DNA of 24,986 nt from Thermotogota bacterium (GTDB lineage: Bacteria > Thermotogota > Thermotogae > Petrotogales > Petrotogaceae), in NCBI GenBank assembly GCA_051748045.1, contig JBNJGY010000028.1, positions 1-24,986 of the forward strand. The letters are read 5' to 3'. The stretch's first letter is position 1. The number at the start of each line of letters is the position of its first letter. The notes beneath the pieces were generated by a model. The model was given only the letters and a program-made list of their open reading frames with translations, searched no databases and was not told the DNA's origin. Both the position numbers and the translations under genes were made by a program. Positions 1 to 7,809 of the stretch are shown one piece after another.

Positions 1-692
1 AGCAATCCTATTATAGTTACAGAATTAAATTTAGGGATGAATTTTGTATTCAAATATTTTTCTCCGTGTTTTTTAATGATAATGCTTCTTGAAATATAAG
101 CTATTGCTAAAGGAATAACTATAAAAATGAAAACGGAGAAAAATATTGTTGAAAAAGGAACTATAATATCACTTATTTTTAGTAAGAATCCTACAATAGG
201 AGCAAAAGCTACTAATAAAATAAGATCGTTAACAGCTACTTGTACTAAAGTATAAGCAGCGTCTCCGTCTGTTAGATAACTCCAAACAAAAACCATCGCT
301 GTACAAGGTGCAGCTCCAAGTAAAACAGCTCCAGCCAGGTATTCTGAAGCCAAATCATCTGGTATTATCCCATTAAAAATAACTTTAAAAAATAACCAAG
401 CAAAAAAATACATACTAAAAGGTTTTATCAGCCAGTTCACTGTTAAAGTAACAGCTAATCCTTTTGGTTTCTTACCAGCATTAACTATACTTGTAAAATC
501 AATTTTCAACATCATAGGATAAATCATCAACCAGATCAATATAGCTATTGGAATAGATACATTAAAGTACTCAAACTTACTTAGAAAATCTGGGATTTGC
601 GGAATGAATTGTCCAACTCCAATACCAACAAAAATACTAATAGCAACCCATAGAGTTAGATATTTTTCAAAGAATTTCATTCTCTTTTTCAA
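1..692 (-). CDS. acr3: Acr3-family arsenite efflux transporter (5' part; runs off the window start)
   Basis: Not in the ORF track; translated by hand. TTG at 692 (alternative ATG at 680) follows the RBS AAGGCGGTG and gives MKKRMKFFEKYLTLWV...IAILIWLMIYPMMLKIDF...NWLIKPFSM...LLGAAPCTAMVFVWS...YTLVQVAVNDL, the Acr3 signature motifs. Confidence 0.95.
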   Translation of the reverse strand, partial: MKKRMKFFEKYLTLWVAISIFVGIGVGQFIPQIPDFLSKFEYFNVSIPIAILIWLMIYPMMLKIDFTSIVNAGKKPKGLAVTLTVNWLIKPFSMYFFAWLFFKVIFNGIIPDDLASEYLAGAVLLGAAPCTAMVFVWSYLTDGDAAYTLVQVAVNDLILLVAFAPIVGFLLKISDIIVPFSTIFFSVFIFIVIPLAIAYISRSIIIKKHGEKYLNTKFIPKFNSVTIIGL

Positions 693-705
693 GATCAACA
701 CCGCC

Positions 706-1050
706 TTATTTTATATGACAAGATTTAGGAGAATCCAAATATTCTTTTAGTTTTTTTATATCATTTTTAAAGAGTTCTTCTTTTCTAATATCTTTCAAAA
801 TCGATTCTATAAAATCATATTTTTCTAATATTTCTTGGTTCAAACTATAATAAATCCAATAGCTTTCCTTTCTTTTTTTGAGAATATTAAACTCACTCAT
901 TTTTTTAATATGTTTTGATATATTTGGTTGTGTCATCTCTAATACAGCCTCTAAATCACAAACACAATGTTCAGAGTTGTATAAAATATTCAAGATTCTC
1001 AATCTTGTTTGATCTGAAAAAAGTTTAATAATTTCTACTATAGTATTCAT
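706..1050 (-). CDS. arsR: ArsR/SmtB-family arsenite-responsive repressor
   Basis: DQTRLRIL...HCVCDL...QPNISKH winged HTH with the CVC As(III) site; directly upstream of acr3. Start moved to ATG 1050 (RBS AAGGTGGTG) because the longer ORF start lies inside the promoter. Confidence 0.92.
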   Translation of the reverse strand: MNTIVEIIKLFSDQTRLRILNILYNSEHCVCDLEAVLEMTQPNISKHIKKMSEFNILKKRKESYWIYYSLNQEILEKYDFIESILKDIRKEELFKNDIKKLKEYLDSPKSCHIK

Positions 1051-1064
1051 TGAGCACCACCTTT

Positions 1065-1086
1065 TATATAACCAATTAGTTATATA
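1065..1086. promoter_or_regulatory. Palindromic operator, probably ArsR-bound, of the leftward arsR-acr3 promoter
   Basis: TATATAACCAATTAGTTATATA; 10-bp perfect arms at 1063-1072 and 1079-1088, immediately downstream of the -10. Confidence 0.75.
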
Positions 1087-1087
1087 A

Positions 1088-1116
1088 ATTGTAGCTAATA
1101 AATTCACTTATGTCAA
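1088..1116 (-). promoter_or_regulatory. Sigma70-type promoter for arsR-acr3
   Basis: Minus strand TTGACA-17 bp-TACAAT. Confidence 0.8.
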
Positions 1117-1157
1117 TAGGCTTAACAATTCTTTATTTTTCTTAACACTTCTTAAAC

Positions 1158-1186
1158 TTGACAAATAAAGAGTTATAAAATATAAT
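1158..1186 (+). promoter_or_regulatory. Sigma70-type promoter for arsR-arsP-thioredoxin
   Basis: Perfect consensus TTGACA-17 bp-TATAAT. Confidence 0.85.
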
Positions 1187-1208
1187 TATATTAGAATATT
1201 CTAATATA
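1187..1208. promoter_or_regulatory. Perfect 22-bp palindromic operator, probably ArsR-bound
   Basis: TATATTAGAATATTCTAATATA abuts the -10 and covers the expected +1. Confidence 0.8.
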
Positions 1209-1230
1209 CTTAAAAACAGGAGGCTCAAAA

Positions 1231-1506
1231 ATGAATAAGATAAAAGAAAATAGAAGAACAAGAATTATGAAAGCGTTAGCTCATGAAGAAAGATTTAGAA
1301 TTTTAGAATTGATTTCAAAAAGTCCTATGTGTGTATGTGAATTAAATGAAATGTCAGAATATTCTCAGTCTAATATTTCACAACACTTAAAAATTCTTAG
1401 AGATGCAGATTTAATATATCCAGAAAAAGATGGAAATAAAGTCAATTATTATTTAGCAGACAAAAAAATTATAGATTTAATCAAAACAATAAATAAACTT
1501 GTATAG
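1231..1506 (+). CDS. arsR: ArsR/SmtB-family transcriptional repressor
   Basis: KALAHEERFRIL...MCVCEL...QSNISQHLKILR; RBS AGGAGG. Confidence 0.9.
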   Translation: MNKIKENRRTRIMKALAHEERFRILELISKSPMCVCELNEMSEYSQSNISQHLKILRDADLIYPEKDGNKVNYYLADKKIIDLIKTINKLV

Positions 1507-1514
1507 GAGGTAAT

Positions 1515-2468
1515 TTGATGTTTCAGTGGACTCATGATTTAGCAACTATTATAGTTAATTGGATAGGGTTGAATCCAGAAATCAGCTGGGGTGCGTCTCT
1601 TCACTTTTTCATATATGACACAATTAAAATATTGATTCTATTGTTCATAATGATATTTATAGTTTCATACATTAGAAGTTATTTTCCACCAGAAAAAACA
1701 AAGAAAATTTTGGAAAAATTCCCTGGGATTACAGGTAATATTATGGCTTCTTTATTAGGCGTTGTCACTCCTTTTTGTTCTTGTTCATCTGTACCTATAT
1801 TTATAGGATTTATAGAAGCGGGTGTGCCTTTGGGAGTAACTTTTTCTTTTTTAATTACTTCTCCAATAGTTAATGAGGCAGCTTTTGCTATGCTTTTAGC
1901 ATCTTTTGGTTGGCAGGTTGCTACTATTTATGTGATTTCAGGTGTAGTTATAGGTGTTATTGGGGGTATTGTTATAGGTAAACTGAAAATGGAGGATCAA
2001 GTTGAAGAATATGTATATAAGGTCCAAATGGGAGAAACAAAAATAGGCAGAAAATCTCAAAAAGAAAGATTTTCTTTTGCATATGAAAATGTGAAAGATA
2101 TAATTAAAAGAGTTTGGCTTTTTGTAATTATCGGTATAGGAATTGGTGGGCTAATCCATGGAAAAATTCCAGCAGAATTTATAACTACGTATTTAGGAGA
2201 TAATCCTTTTACAGTTCCGTTAGCTACGATAATTGGGGTTCCTTTATACTCTAATGCTTTAGGAACTATTCCCATCGCTGAAGCGTTAATTGGAAAAGGA
2301 CTTGGGCTTGGAACTGCTTTAGCCTTTATGATGTCAACAACAGCATTGTCTTTACCTGCTGGAATATTGATGAAAAAGGTAATAAAAACTAAATTAATAG
2401 TTACCTTTTTTGGTGTAACAACACTAGCAATTATTTTTACGGGATACATTTTTAATTGGATTCTTTAG
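1515..2468 (+). CDS. arsP: ArsP-type (DUF318) permease, putative organoarsenical efflux
   Basis: Polytopic membrane protein with TPFCSCSSVP, FLITSPIVNE and GVPLYSNA motifs; ars gene context. Start TTG 1515 or ATG 1518. Confidence 0.85.
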   Translation: MMFQWTHDLATIIVNWIGLNPEISWGASLHFFIYDTIKILILLFIMIFIVSYIRSYFPPEKTKKILEKFPGITGNIMASLLGVVTPFCSCSSVPIFIGFIEAGVPLGVTFSFLITSPIVNEAAFAMLLASFGWQVATIYVISGVVIGVIGGIVIGKLKMEDQVEEYVYKVQMGETKIGRKSQKERFSFAYENVKDIIKRVWLFVIIGIGIGGLIHGKIPAEFITTYLGDNPFTVPLATIIGVPLYSNALGTIPIAEALIGKGLGLGTALAFMMSTTALSLPAGILMKKVIKTKLIVTFFGVTTLAIIFTGYIFNWIL

Positions 2469-2483
2469 AAACAGCTTCTATTT

Positions 2484-2603
2484 GAAGATGGAAGAGTAGA
2501 AATCGTAGATTTCTGTTGTAAGTTGGATGTTGGAAGTAAAAACAAGGCTAAAAACTACTTTAGCTGTCATGTCGACTAAACGAAGTGCACGGAAACATCC
2601 CAT
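2484..2603. repeat. Degenerate heptamer repeat followed by a REP-like palindromic remnant
   Basis: In-phase 7-mers GAAGATG/GAAGAGT/.../TCTGTTG/TAAGTTG/GATGTTG/GAAGTAA at 2484-2539; hairpin GCTAAA-AACTAC-TTTAGC; then TGTCATGTCGAC...GGAAACATCCC. Confidence 0.35.
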
Positions 2604-2672
2604 CAGTCAATTTTCAAAGAAAATTTATAAAAATCAATTGCGAAAATTTTTTTATTTATAGGAGGTGCTATA

Positions 2673-2900
2673 ATGAACGTTAAAATTCTCGGTGGAGGAT
2701 GTGCAAAATGTAACAAATTAGAAAAAAACGCTATAGAAGCATTAAATGAAATGGGTAAAGAATATGAAATCGAGCATGTCACAGATTTTGCAGAAATAGC
2801 AAAGTTTGGAGTTATGTCAACTCCAGCATTGGTAGTAGATGGAAAAGTAGTGGTATCAGGAAAAGTATTAAATGCTTCAAAATTAAAAGATTTATTGTAA
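2673..2900 (+). CDS. Small redox-active disulfide protein (thioredoxin-like, MTH895 type) of ars clusters
   Basis: 75 aa, ILGGGCAKC...GVMSTPALVVDG; RBS AGGAGG. Confidence 0.9.
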   Translation: MNVKILGGGCAKCNKLEKNAIEALNEMGKEYEIEHVTDFAEIAKFGVMSTPALVVDGKVVVSGKVLNASKLKDLL

Positions 2901-2921
2901 AAATCAATAAAAAAAATAACT

Positions 2922-2955
2922 AAAAGTGGTAAAACTCCAGTTTTACCACTTTTTT
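2922..2955 (+). terminator. Rho-independent terminator
   Basis: AAAAGTGGTAAAACT-CC-AGTTTTACCACTTTT perfect inverted repeat followed by a T tract. Confidence 0.85.
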
Positions 2956-2957
2956 AC

Positions 2958-2986
2958 TTGAATTTTTTTGTAAAAAAAGTTAAAAT
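2958..2986 (+). promoter_or_regulatory. Putative promoter of the crt operon
   Basis: TTGAAT-17 bp-TAAAAT just after the terminator; the AT-rich background weakens the call. Confidence 0.45.
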
Positions 2987-3078
2987 TAACTTAAGAAAAG
3001 ATTTTAAATAGAAACAATAAATGATTTTAATAAAATGTATTTAATTAAAATATTGTGAATTTTCTGGGAGGGATTATT

Positions 3079-4578
3079 TTGTCAAAAAAAGTTATCGTTG
3101 TAGGCGCTGGTACAGCAGGACTTGCAAGCGCTATAAGACTTCAAAATAACGGATATGATGTAGAAATATATGAGAAAAATCCAAAAGTTGGGGGAAGGAT
3201 GTATCAAATTGAAGAAAAGGGTTTTAAATTTGATGTTGGCCCGACTATTGTAATGATGCCTGATGTATATAGAGAAGTTTTTGAACAAACAGGTAGAAAT
3301 GCAGAAGATTATATTCCAATGAAAAAACTAAATCCAATATATTCAATACAATATACAAAAGATGAATCCTTAGATGTATCAACTGACCTTGCTGACCTGA
3401 CTAGTTTTTTAGAGGATATAAGTGAAGAAGATACTCTCGGATATTATAGGTATTTAACACAAACTTATAAAAGATATCTTATAGCAAAAAAACATTTCAT
3501 AGAAAAATCCTTCAGAAAACCAAGTGATTTTTATAATTTAAAAACTCTTATGAATGCATATAAATTAAAAACTTTTAATAATGCATACAATGAAATATCA
3601 AAGTTTGTTAAAGATGATAGATTAATGAAAATGTTGAGTTTTCAAACACTATATATTGGAATATCTCCTCATAATGGTCCTTCTATTTATACAATAATAC
3701 CTATGATAGAAACTATTTATGGTGTTTGGTATATACAAGGCGGTATGTACACAATGGCTACTTCTATGGCTAAGCTATTTGAAGAATTAGGTGGAAAAAT
3801 ACATCTAAACTCTGAAGTAGAAGAGCTAATTATAGATGACAAAAAAGCTGAAGGGATTGTTGTAAATGGACAAGTTATTGACGCAGATTATGTTATTGTT
3901 AACGCGGATTTTCCATATGCAATGAAGACTCTAATTAAAGATGAAAATAATAGGGGAAAATATACAAATGAAAAAATAGATAGTATGGATTATTCTTGTT
4001 CTGTATTTCTAATGTTTTTAGGATTAAAAGAAAAAGTAAGTGATGATACAAGATTACATAATATAGTTTTTGCAAATGATTTTGAAAAAAATATTTCTGA
4101 TATTTTTGATGGTCAAGATCCAAAAGATCCATCAATTTATATGTATATTCCAACAAAAGAAGATAAAAGCTTAGCACCGTTAGGAAAAGAAACTATGTAT
4201 GTTTTAGCTCCTGTTCCAGAACTAAAAACTAGGGGTAACAAATGGACTCAAGAAGAAATAAATGATTATAAGAAGATAGTATATGATAAAATAAAGATGA
4301 AAAAGGGATTAGAAAATATTGAAGATATGGTTGAAGTAGAAAAAATATATACTCCAAATAATTTTGAAAGTGAGTTTAATGCCATGAATGGAGCCACCTT
4401 TGGACTAGCCCCAACATTGATGCAGAGTAATTATTTCAGACCTCAAAATAAGTTCAAATATTCTGAAAATCTTTATTTTACTGGTAGTTCAGTTCATCCA
4501 GGTGCTGGTGTTCCAATAGCGCTGACTTCTGCTAAATTAGCTGCGGATGAACTTATGAAAGACGATAAATATATTTAA
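3079..4578 (+). CDS. crtN: 4,4'-diapophytoene desaturase (CrtN/CrtI family)
   Basis: FAD motif VVGAGTAGL; FDVGPTIVMMPDVY, RKPSDFYN, FQTLYIGISP..GPSIYTIIPMIE and C-terminal GSSVHPGAGVP closely match Firmicute CrtN as recalled. Start TTG 3079 follows GGGAGGG. Confidence 0.88.
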   Translation: MSKKVIVVGAGTAGLASAIRLQNNGYDVEIYEKNPKVGGRMYQIEEKGFKFDVGPTIVMMPDVYREVFEQTGRNAEDYIPMKKLNPIYSIQYTKDESLDVSTDLADLTSFLEDISEEDTLGYYRYLTQTYKRYLIAKKHFIEKSFRKPSDFYNLKTLMNAYKLKTFNNAYNEISKFVKDDRLMKMLSFQTLYIGISPHNGPSIYTIIPMIETIYGVWYIQGGMYTMATSMAKLFEELGGKIHLNSEVEELIIDDKKAEGIVVNGQVIDADYVIVNADFPYAMKTLIKDENNRGKYTNEKIDSMDYSCSVFLMFLGLKEKVSDDTRLHNIVFANDFEKNISDIFDGQDPKDPSIYMYIPTKEDKSLAPLGKETMYVLAPVPELKTRGNKWTQEEINDYKKIVYDKIKMKKGLENIEDMVEVEKIYTPNNFESEFNAMNGATFGLAPTLMQSNYFRPQNKFKYSENLYFTGSSVHPGAGVPIALTSAKLAADELMKDDKYI

Positions 4579-4587
4579 GGGGAATAT

Positions 4588-5418
4588 ATGAGTTTAAAAG
4601 ATGATTATAAATATTGCCAAGAGATTATAAAAGAAAATTCAAAAACATTTTATAAAGCCTTTTCTTTACTTAAAAAAGAAAAGGCTAATGCTATATACGC
4701 AGTTTACGCTTATTGTAGAGTAACTGACGATTCAATTGATGTGTACAATTCTCCAGAAAAATTAGAAAAACTAGCAAATCAACTACACAATTTTGAAAAC
4801 GGAAATATTCCTAAAGAACCATTGTGGAGAGCTTTAAAAGATGTTTTTGACAAATTTAATATGGATATAAAGCCTTTTTATGAAATGATTGAAGGCCAAA
4901 AAATGGATATAAATTATACACAACCAAAAACTCAAAAAGATCTTTTGAATTATAGCTATTATGTTGCTGGTACTGTAGGCAAAATGATACTACCTATTAT
5001 AGCTTCAAAAAATATAAAAAACATAAAAAAAGATAAAATAAAATTAGGTGAAGCTATGCAAATAACAAATATTTTAAGAGATATTGGGGAAGATTATGAA
5101 AATGGAAGAATATATATTCCAGAAGAAATAATGCAGGATTATAATTACAATAAAAAAGATCTTGAAAAGAAAATAATTAACAATAATTTCAAAAAAATGT
5201 GGGAATATGAGGCGAAACAAGCGCAAAAAATGTATGATAATTTTTATACTATGATTGATTTATTCGATGAAGATTCTAAAAAACCCGTATTAGCTTCTGC
5301 AAAGTTATATAATGCAATATTAGATGAGGTTAGAAAAAACAATTATGATTGCTTGAATCAAAGAAATTACGTTAATAATATTGAAAAAATTAAAATAATT
5401 TCTAAAATAAAAAAATAA
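4588..5418 (+). CDS. crtM: Dehydrosqualene (diapophytoene) synthase, phytoene/squalene synthase family
   Basis: SKTFYKAF, YAYCRVTDDSIDVY, YSYYVAGTVG, MQITNILRDIGED...GRIYIP; two Asp-rich motifs. Confidence 0.85.
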   Translation: MSLKDDYKYCQEIIKENSKTFYKAFSLLKKEKANAIYAVYAYCRVTDDSIDVYNSPEKLEKLANQLHNFENGNIPKEPLWRALKDVFDKFNMDIKPFYEMIEGQKMDINYTQPKTQKDLLNYSYYVAGTVGKMILPIIASKNIKNIKKDKIKLGEAMQITNILRDIGEDYENGRIYIPEEIMQDYNYNKKDLEKKIINNNFKKMWEYEAKQAQKMYDNFYTMIDLFDEDSKKPVLASAKLYNAILDEVRKNNYDCLNQRNYVNNIEKIKIISKIKK

Positions 5419-5431
5419 TGGGGGAATAAAA

Positions 5432-6094
5432 ATGAATACTTGGGGGATTATTGCATCTTTCGCCTTTATATTTTCAATAATAGGTATTTCAACCTTATTA
5501 ACTAAAAAAAACATTTTAAGTGGTGAAGGTTCAAGAAAGTTTATACATATAGGAGTCGCGAACTGGTGGATTATTGCGATGATTTTTTTTGATAATCCTT
5601 TGTGGGCTTCAATAGTTCCAGCTTTGTTCATAATAATAAATTATATTTCCTATAAGAAGCAAGTTTTTAAAGCTATGGAACGCGGAAAAGGTAAGAGAGA
5701 TTTAGGTACAGTTTATTACGCAATTTCTTTATTTATATTGGCGATTATAACTTTTTCTGAAGGTATGGATTCTTATGTTGGTGCTATGGGTATTCTCATA
5801 ATGGGTTATGGAGATGGATTCGCTGCAATAATCGGTGAAAAATATGGTAAACATAGTTTCACAGTTATGAAGAGCAAAAAATCATTGGAAGGATCAGCGA
5901 CAATGTTTGTTGTTTCTTTCTTTGTGGCTTTAATCATTTCTTTTTTAGCGGGAAATTCATGTATATACCTATTGCCTCTTAGTTTAGCAATGATAGCAAC
6001 ACTTGTTGAAATATTTTCACCTTATGGCACAGATAATTTAACCGTTCCTTTAGTGACATCATTAGCTTATTATTTTTTATGGTGTTCTTTTTAA
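5432..6094 (+). CDS. CTP-dependent prenol/polyprenol kinase (SEC59/DGK1/VTE5 family)
   Basis: Membrane protein with SRKFIHIG, GYGDGFAAIIG, KSLEGS and DNLTVP motifs typical of phytol/dolichol kinases. Confidence 0.85.
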   Translation: MNTWGIIASFAFIFSIIGISTLLTKKNILSGEGSRKFIHIGVANWWIIAMIFFDNPLWASIVPALFIIINYISYKKQVFKAMERGKGKRDLGTVYYAISLFILAIITFSEGMDSYVGAMGILIMGYGDGFAAIIGEKYGKHSFTVMKSKKSLEGSATMFVVSFFVALIISFLAGNSCIYLLPLSLAMIATLVEIFSPYGTDNLTVPLVTSLAYYFLWCSF

Positions 6095-6184
6095 GAAAAA
6101 TTATCTAAATCGATTTCATATTTTAACAATAAACTAATAGAATTTAATTGAGATAAAATAACTCAACATTGAGGTGTTATAAAT

Positions 6185-6997
6185 ATGAATTTAATAATTG
6201 GACTAATTCTTGGATTGATGATTGCTTTTGTAGCATATAAGAAAAATGCATTGAGTAAAAGTGGAACTGTAGCTGCCACTTTACTAGGAATTTCACTGTA
6301 TTATTTTGGTGGATTATATTTTTTTCTAATAATGATATCTTTTTTTATATCTTCTACTTTATTGACTAAGTATAAGAAAAAGAAGAAGATTGAGTTAGAA
6401 AAAATACACGATAAAACGGGAAGAAGAGATTATACTCAAGTATTAGCGAATTCTTTGCCTGCAATTATATATGCTCTTTTCTTTTATTATACCCGTATGA
6501 ATGTATTTTTACTTGGTTTTGCAACCACTTTTTCAGCTACAAATTCAGATACATGGGCTTCTGAATTGGGGGTTTTAAGTAAAAATGATCCTTCTTGTAT
6601 TTTAACAGGAAAAAGAGTACAAAAAGGCATGTCGGGAGGAATTACTAAATTTGGAACTTTTGCTTCGTTTTTGGGAGCTTTATTTTTATCTTTTGTTTTT
6701 ATGATTGGTTATATCATAAAGTTTCAAAATCAAATAGTTATAAAAGATCTTATAATTCTTTCAATTTTAACACTTATTGGAGGGTTTTTAGGTTCAATTA
6801 TAGATAGTTTACTAGGTGCTTCTATCCAGGGGATATACAAACATAGAAAAACGAATGAACTTACAGAAAAAAGATTTGATGAAGACGAAGAAAACAAATT
6901 AATTAGAGGGTTTAAGTTCATAGATAACAATTTAGTAAATCTATTATCTTCATTAACAGCAAGTCTTTTAATGATGCTAATTTATATATTCGTATAA
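6185..6997 (+). CDS. DUF92 (COG1836; TMEM19/VTE6-like) membrane protein, candidate prenyl-phosphate kinase
   Basis: GRRDYTQVLAN, SDTWASELG, GMSGGIT..GT, GFLGSIIDSLLGA..Q and NNLVN motifs of DUF92; RBS GAGGTG. Confidence 0.85.
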   Translation: MNLIIGLILGLMIAFVAYKKNALSKSGTVAATLLGISLYYFGGLYFFLIMISFFISSTLLTKYKKKKKIELEKIHDKTGRRDYTQVLANSLPAIIYALFFYYTRMNVFLLGFATTFSATNSDTWASELGVLSKNDPSCILTGKRVQKGMSGGITKFGTFASFLGALFLSFVFMIGYIIKFQNQIVIKDLIILSILTLIGGFLGSIIDSLLGASIQGIYKHRKTNELTEKRFDEDEENKLIRGFKFIDNNLVNLLSSLTASLLMMLIYIFV

Positions 6998-7003
6998 TTA
7001 CCC

Positions 7004-7034
7004 AAAACCAGCTGCTTTATGCAGCTGGTTTTTT
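7004..7034 (+). terminator. Rho-independent terminator closing the crtN-crtM-kinase-DUF92 operon
   Basis: AAAACCAGCTGC-TTTAT-GCAGCTGGTTTTTT. Confidence 0.9.
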
Positions 7035-7055
7035 CTTACTATTTTGTAAGAAAAA
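7030..7055. promoter_or_regulatory. Inverted repeat, candidate response-regulator binding site upstream of the ABC exporter
   Basis: TTTTTCTTAC-TATTTT-GTAAGAAAAA; core TTACT-N4-TGTAA resembles the BceR-type TNACA-N4-TGTAA box. TATAAT at 7090-7095 has no good -35. Confidence 0.55.
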
Positions 7056-7119
7056 GTGTTTAGTAATAGTAAGTTTATAAATATATATTTATAATGATAA
7101 AAAATATGAGGTGATTATT

Positions 7120-7809
7120 ATGAGTGTATTAAAAATTTCAAATGTTGAAAAAAGTTATGGAAAAGGTGAAACAAAAATAAAAGCTCTTAAAAACATGAAT
7201 TTAACTGTTAATGAAGGAGAATTTATGAGTATTGTTGGGCCTAGTGGTTCTGGTAAATCAACACTTTTAAACATACTAGGCTGTATAGATAATCCAACAT
7301 ATGGTGAAATATTTATTGAAAATGAAAATGTAACTAAATTAAATGACAAACAAATGGCAATATTCAGAAGAAGAAAGTTAGGGTTTATTTTTCAATTTTA
7401 TAATTTAATCCCTGTATTAACAGCTGAAGAAAATGTTCTTTTTCCTTTGATGTTGGATAATAGAAAAGCTGATATTAATTACATTTATAAAATAATGGAT
7501 ATATTAAAAATAAAACATAGAAAAAATCATTTCCCTCAGGAACTAAGTGGGGGAGAACAACAAAGATTTGCAATAGCAAGAGCTTTAGCCACAAAACCCT
7601 CTTTAATTTTAGCTGATGAACCGACAGGTAATTTAGATTCTAAAAATTCTGAAGAAGTAATAAATTTAATGATTGAAATGCACAAAAAGTTTAATCAGAC
7701 AATAATTATGGTTACTCATAATCATGAAATAGCAGAAATCGCTTCAAGAAAAATAGAATTAGTAGACGGAGAAATTGTTTCTGATGAAAGGATGCTTAAA
7801 AATGGCTAA
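7120..7809 (+). CDS. ABC transporter ATP-binding protein (LolD/MacB/BceA-like)
   Basis: Walker A GPSGSGKS, GFIFQFYNLIP, LSGGEQQR, ILADEPTGNLD, VTH; ATG 7120 follows GAGGTG. Confidence 0.95.
   Translation: MSVLKISNVEKSYGKGETKIKALKNMNLTVNEGEFMSIVGPSGSGKSTLLNILGCIDNPTYGEIFIENENVTKLNDKQMAIFRRRKLGFIFQFYNLIPVLTAEENVLFPLMLDNRKADINYIYKIMDILKIKHRKNHFPQELSGGEQQRFAIARALATKPSLILADEPTGNLDSKNSEEVINLMIEMHKKFNQTIIMVTHNHEIAEIASRKIELVDGEIVSDERMLKNG

Noticed and set aside
1051-1107. N-terminal extension of the left arsR in the ORF track, and similar extensions of crtN, the permease, RR, HK, DUF4097, livF, livG, livH and arcC
   Set aside because: The extensions run through the promoter, operator or Shine-Dalgarno sequence; the downstream starts have properly spaced RBSs.
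2466-2579. The frame stays open for 36 codons after the arsP TAG (KQLLFEDGRVEIVDFCCKL...SCHVD), suggesting amber read-through to a Cys-containing tail
   Set aside because: ArsP appears to end normally after its last TM helix, there is no sign of recoding machinery in the window, and the stretch is better explained by the heptamer/REP-like repeat. It would be revived only if homologues carry this tail.
6148-6176. TTGAG/CTCAA/TTGAG alternative pairing near the DUF92 RBS
   Set aside because: Stems of only 4-5 bp in AT-rich DNA are too weak to support a regulatory switch.
6095-6184. The kinase and DUF92 genes are in the same frame, suggesting a split fusion or read-through
   Set aside because: The spacer contains two further in-frame TGA stops and DUF92 has its own RBS; sharing a frame has a 1-in-3 chance.
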